From: an uncultured Christensenella sp.
GTDB taxonomy: Bacteria > Bacillota > Clostridia > Christensenellales > UBA1242
Reading direction: 5' to 3'
Assembly (NCBI GenBank): GCA_949294585.1
Contig: CASFHZ010000005.1
Coordinates: 1 to 42,210, forward strand
DNA: 42,210 nt
Shown: positions 39,311-42,210 of the stretch, in pieces
Layout of the letters: every line of letters begins with the position of its first letter
Position numbering within the stretch: position 1 is the first letter of the stretch
The notes under the pieces: generated by a model
Told to the model about the DNA's origin: nothing
Seen by the model: only the letters and a program-made list of their open reading frames with translations
The model's database searches: none
Translations under genes and position numbers: made by a program

Positions 39311-40219
39311 ATGAAAAAGAATATTATTTATGGATTATTATTTACACTTATAATCACAATGATTTTTGCAACAACAAGCGTTCCAGAAAACAAACCAACA
39401 TATGCAGAAGAACAAAATGTTCAATATGTAACAATTATGGGTGTTGGTGAAGTTGAAACGGCACCAGATGTTGCAGAAATAAACATTGGAATACAAAAAC
39501 TTGCAGACAGCATTTCCAACTCTCAAACAAAAATGAATGAAACAATAGAAACAATCACAAACAAAATTAAAGAAATTGATGCAGATGCAACATTAACTGT
39601 TAACTATTCTTCTTGTTATCCTGTTAGCAACAATGGAGTTCCAAATTATGAATCTAACTGTAATATCAGTATAAAAACAAAACAACTAGATAAAGTTAAC
39701 AGTATAATTGAAAGTTGTAGCAATGCAGGAGCAACAAGTTTTTGCAATATTCATTACACTCTTGAAGATGAAAAAAATTTATACAATCAAGCACTTGTTA
39801 AAGCAAAAGAAAATTCATATTCAAAAGCAACTGTTTTATATGACAATGTAACACTAAAAGATATGTGTGAAGTTAGCATTTCAACATTTAGGAATAATTC
39901 AATGGAAAATACAATTGTTGTTACTGCATTTGTTAAAGCAAGATATGTAATCAACAACGAAACAAATTCCACAACTGATAACGAAACACAAAATGATACA
40001 ACAGACAATAGTTTAGATAGTTCAAAAGATGATATAAATGATAGTCAATTAATAATTGATGACAAAAACTCTCAAAACCAAGATGACAATATAATAACAA
40101 ATGAAACAAAACCTGAAGTTAAAAAGTCAAGCAAAAACACAAGAGTAAATGAAAAAGAAATGGCAGAAAAAACACAAAATGACAAAAAATTTAACAAAAC
40201 ATCATATAGTGCAATTTAA
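39311..40219 (+). CDS. SIMPL (DUF541) domain protein with an N-terminal anchor and a low-complexity N/D/T/K-rich tail
   Basis: AAGGAG SD and a TM/signal segment. VTIMGVGEVETAPDVAEINIGIQ is typical of the start of a SIMPL domain. The last ~90 aa are compositionally biased. Confidence 0.7.
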   Translation: MKKNIIYGLLFTLIITMIFATTSVPENKPTYAEEQNVQYVTIMGVGEVETAPDVAEINIGIQKLADSISNSQTKMNETIETITNKIKEIDADATLTVNYSSCYPVSNNGVPNYESNCNISIKTKQLDKVNSIIESCSNAGATSFCNIHYTLEDEKNLYNQALVKAKENSYSKATVLYDNVTLKDMCEVSISTFRNNSMENTIVVTAFVKARYVINNETNSTTDNETQNDTTDNSLDSSKDDINDSQLIIDDKNSQNQDDNIITNETKPEVKKSSKNTRVNEKEMAEKTQNDKKFNKTSYSAI

Positions 40220-40225
40220 GACAAC

Positions 40226-40274
40226 AAAAAACACAAACAAGTTGAATAAACATTTTCTTTGTTTGTGTTTTTTA
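40226..40274. terminator. Bidirectional terminator between the SIMPL gene and trpS
   Basis: acacaaacaaag-type stem: aaaacacaaacaag pairs with ctttgtttgtgtttt at about 40228-40272, flanked by an A-run and a T-run. Confidence 0.65.
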
Positions 40275-40283
40275 TATGTTTAT

Positions 40284-41273
40284 CTAAACTCCAATTGCTT
40301 CACGAGTTTTTTGCAAATATTCTTTTGCAATTACTCGTGCTTTTTTTGCTCCGTCCTCAAGAATTTTATCAACCAAATCTTTATGTTCCATATAATACAA
40401 ATATTTTTCACGCATTGGTTTTATATAGTTGTTTGCAACTTCAAAAAGCATTGCTTTTGCCTCTCCCCAAGAAAGTCCATCTTTAAGTTTTTGCTCAAAT
40501 TCTTGTGCACTTTCTTTATCAACAAATAATTTATATAATTTGTTAATTGTGCAATCAACATCTTTTGGTTCGCCCGGCATTCTGCTATCGGTTACAATTT
40601 TATTTATTTTTGATTTTAATTCTTTTTCTGAGGCAAATAATCGAATTGTGTTTCCATAACTCTTGCTCATTTTTCTTCCATCTAAACCGACCAATGTGGA
40701 AACGCCTTCTTGAATGTAGCAATCTGGCAACTTAAATACTTTGCCATATTTGTTGTTAAAAGCATTGGCAATATCTCTTGCAATTTCAATGTGTTGTTTT
40801 TGGTCTAGTCCAACTGGAACCAAATCTGCACCAAAAATCAATATATCTGCCGACATTAAAATAGGATAGTTATAAAGTCCCATATTAATACCTGCATCTT
40901 TGTCAAAATTGGCCTGTTCGTTTTTTTCAACGCGTGCTTTATAAGCGTGTGCTCTGTTCATAAGCCCTTTTGGTGTTACATTGCAAAGTATCCAATTTAG
41001 TTCAAAATCTTCAACAATATCAGATTGTTTATAAAACACAACTTTTTTTGGGTCAAGTCCACAAGCAAGCCAAGTGCAAGCAATGTCATAGGTGTATTCT
41101 TGCATTTCCTCTTTTGTTTTTAGTGTTGTTAATGCGTGATAATCTGCGATAAAATAATAGCAGTCAAAATTTGGATTTTCACTGAGCATAATTGCTGGTT
41201 TTATTGCCCCAAAATAATTTCCTATATGTGCATAACCTGTTGGTTTTATTCCCGTTAAAATTCTTTTTTCCAT
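40284..41273 (-). CDS. trpS: Tryptophan--tRNA ligase
   Basis: GIKPTGYAHIGNYFG is the HIGH-type motif, KMSKS is present, and the 329-aa length is typical. Confidence 0.95.
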   Translation of the reverse strand: MEKRILTGIKPTGYAHIGNYFGAIKPAIMLSENPNFDCYYFIADYHALTTLKTKEEMQEYTYDIACTWLACGLDPKKVVFYKQSDIVEDFELNWILCNVTPKGLMNRAHAYKARVEKNEQANFDKDAGINMGLYNYPILMSADILIFGADLVPVGLDQKQHIEIARDIANAFNNKYGKVFKLPDCYIQEGVSTLVGLDGRKMSKSYGNTIRLFASEKELKSKINKIVTDSRMPGEPKDVDCTINKLYKLFVDKESAQEFEQKLKDGLSWGEAKAMLFEVANNYIKPMREKYLYYMEHKDLVDKILEDGAKKARVIAKEYLQKTREAIGV

Positions 41274-41354
41274 AAAATTCTCCTAGTAAATTAATTATAT
41301 AACAAAATTTGATTAAGTCAATTATAATTAAAAATTATTTTTATAAAAATAAAA

Positions 41355-42210
41355 TTAAATGGAATTTTTAATTAAATTATAAATTGCTTCTGCAACTTTA
41401 ACTCCGTCTTGTGCACTTGAAATTATGCCACCAGCATAACCTGCACCTTCTCCACAAGGGTATATGCCTTTTATGCTACTGACAAAATTTTCATTTCTAA
41501 CAAGTGTTAATGGACAACTTGTTCTTGTTTCAACACCAATTAAAATATCTGTATCACTTGCAAAATATTTGTATTTTTTGTTAAATTCTGCAATTCCTAA
41601 TTTTAATGAATCATACACAAAGTTTGGCAAGCAATTTTTTAATTTAACAAATTTATACCTAGGCAAATACGAACACACACCATTATTGTTTTTATTGTCG
41701 TACAAAAATGAGCCAACGCTTTCAACGGGTGCAGAAAAATTGCCTCCTCCCAATTTATATGCCAATTTTTCATACTTTTCCTGAAAGTATATTCCTGCTA
41801 AAACATCATCGCTTTCAAAGTCACTTGGCATAACATTAATTAAAAGTGCACTGTTTGAATATACATTATCTCTTGCAAAATAACTCATACCATTTGTCAC
41901 AATTTCATTTTCGTTTGAAGATGAAGCAACAACAACTCCACCCGGACACATACAAAAAGTAAACATACTTCTGTTATTTGGCAAATGTGCAACAAGTTTG
42001 TAATCGGCATTTGGCAAATTTTTATCATAATTTTCGCCATATTGCATTTTGTTTATCATTTCTGCTTTTTGTTCAATTCTAACCCCCATTGCAAAAGGTT
42101 TTTGTTTTATTTCCATTCCCAAATTTTTTAACAACAAAAAAGTTTCTCTTGCACTGTGCCCCAAACACAAGCATAAAATGCTTGTATTAATTCTATTTTT
42201 TTCACCACTA
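41355..42210 (-). CDS. FAD-dependent protein (COG2509-like oxidoreductase), C-terminal part; the 5' end lies outside the window
   Basis: LGHSARETF...FCMCPGGVVVASSSNENEIVTNGMSY...NSALLINV...CGEGAGYAGGIISSAQDG. The frame stays open to the window edge (...SGEKNRINTSILCLCLGHSAR). Confidence 0.7.
   Translation of the reverse strand, partial: SGEKNRINTSILCLCLGHSARETFLLLKNLGMEIKQKPFAMGVRIEQKAEMINKMQYGENYDKNLPNADYKLVAHLPNNRSMFTFCMCPGGVVVASSSNENEIVTNGMSYFARDNVYSNSALLINVMPSDFESDDVLAGIYFQEKYEKLAYKLGGGNFSAPVESVGSFLYDNKNNNGVCSYLPRYKFVKLKNCLPNFVYDSLKLGIAEFNKKYKYFASDTDILIGVETRTSCPLTLVRNENFVSSIKGIYPCGEGAGYAGGIISSAQDGVKVAEAIYNLIKNSI

Noticed and set aside
41274-41354. I looked for a T-box leader upstream of trpS.
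   Set aside because: The intergenic gap is only 81 nt, with no specifier-loop or terminator/antiterminator structure. trpS is probably co-transcribed with the upstream flavoprotein gene.
1-42210. I searched by eye for CRISPR arrays, tRNA or rRNA genes, IS terminal inverted repeats and riboswitch-like GC-rich islands in the intergenic regions.
   Set aside because: I saw no regularly spaced direct repeats, no GC-rich cloverleaf-like segments and no transposase ORFs. The intergenic DNA is uniformly AT-rich. A covariance-model scan (Infernal/Rfam, tRNAscan) would be needed to exclude small ncRNAs.

Overview
This is a 42.2-kb chromosomal window from a very AT-rich, low-GC Gram-positive-type genome. 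My guess is Bacillota, possibly an Erysipelotrichia- or Mollicutes-like host-associated lineage. The standard genetic code applies: long ORFs are intact, Trp is TGG, SD sites are of the AGGAG type, and lipoprotein lipoboxes are present. Layout in order: (i) 1-3.3 kb, minus strand: a decayed integrative-element remnant. It holds a 5'-truncated tyrosine recombinase, a DUF4417-like ORF, an HNH nuclease, a 105-aa toxin-like ORF and two CPCC-type Cys-rich paralogs, one of them frameshifted. (ii) 3.6-8.7 kb: a 1689-aa repeat-rich surface lipoprotein. (iii) A TIGR01212-type radical SAM gene. (iv) 10.2-16.4 kb: an accessory, decaying patch with orphan ORFs, a 612-aa protein ending in a DEDDh exonuclease, a truncated hydrolase and a frameshifted gene, all separated by long AT-rich spacers. 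(v) 16.4-23.0 kb: a four-gene operon. It encodes a YwaF/TMEM164-like membrane domain fused to an ABC ATPase, a 548-aa permease, a Big_2-type anchored protein and a 716-aa lipoprotein. (vi) A Nudix::HIT fusion gene. (vii) pflB-HAD-pflA. (viii) A truncated cytidylate-kinase-like gene, a small ORF, and clpB behind a near-consensus CIRCE operator that overlaps a consensus promoter. (ix) A TVP38/DedA-like gene, helD, M19 and M14 peptidases, a GlmU-acetyltransferase::GlmM fusion, a SIMPL protein, trpS and a partial COG2509-type flavoprotein. I saw no rRNA, tRNA, CRISPR array or intact transposase. The best candidates for something undescribed are the YwaF-ABC fusion operon, the exonuclease-fusion cluster at 10.2-13.0 kb, and the DUF4417/HNH/toxin-like/CPCC cassette, where one reading frame is interrupted by a single TAG. 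All family assignments come from motif recognition by eye, not from searches.
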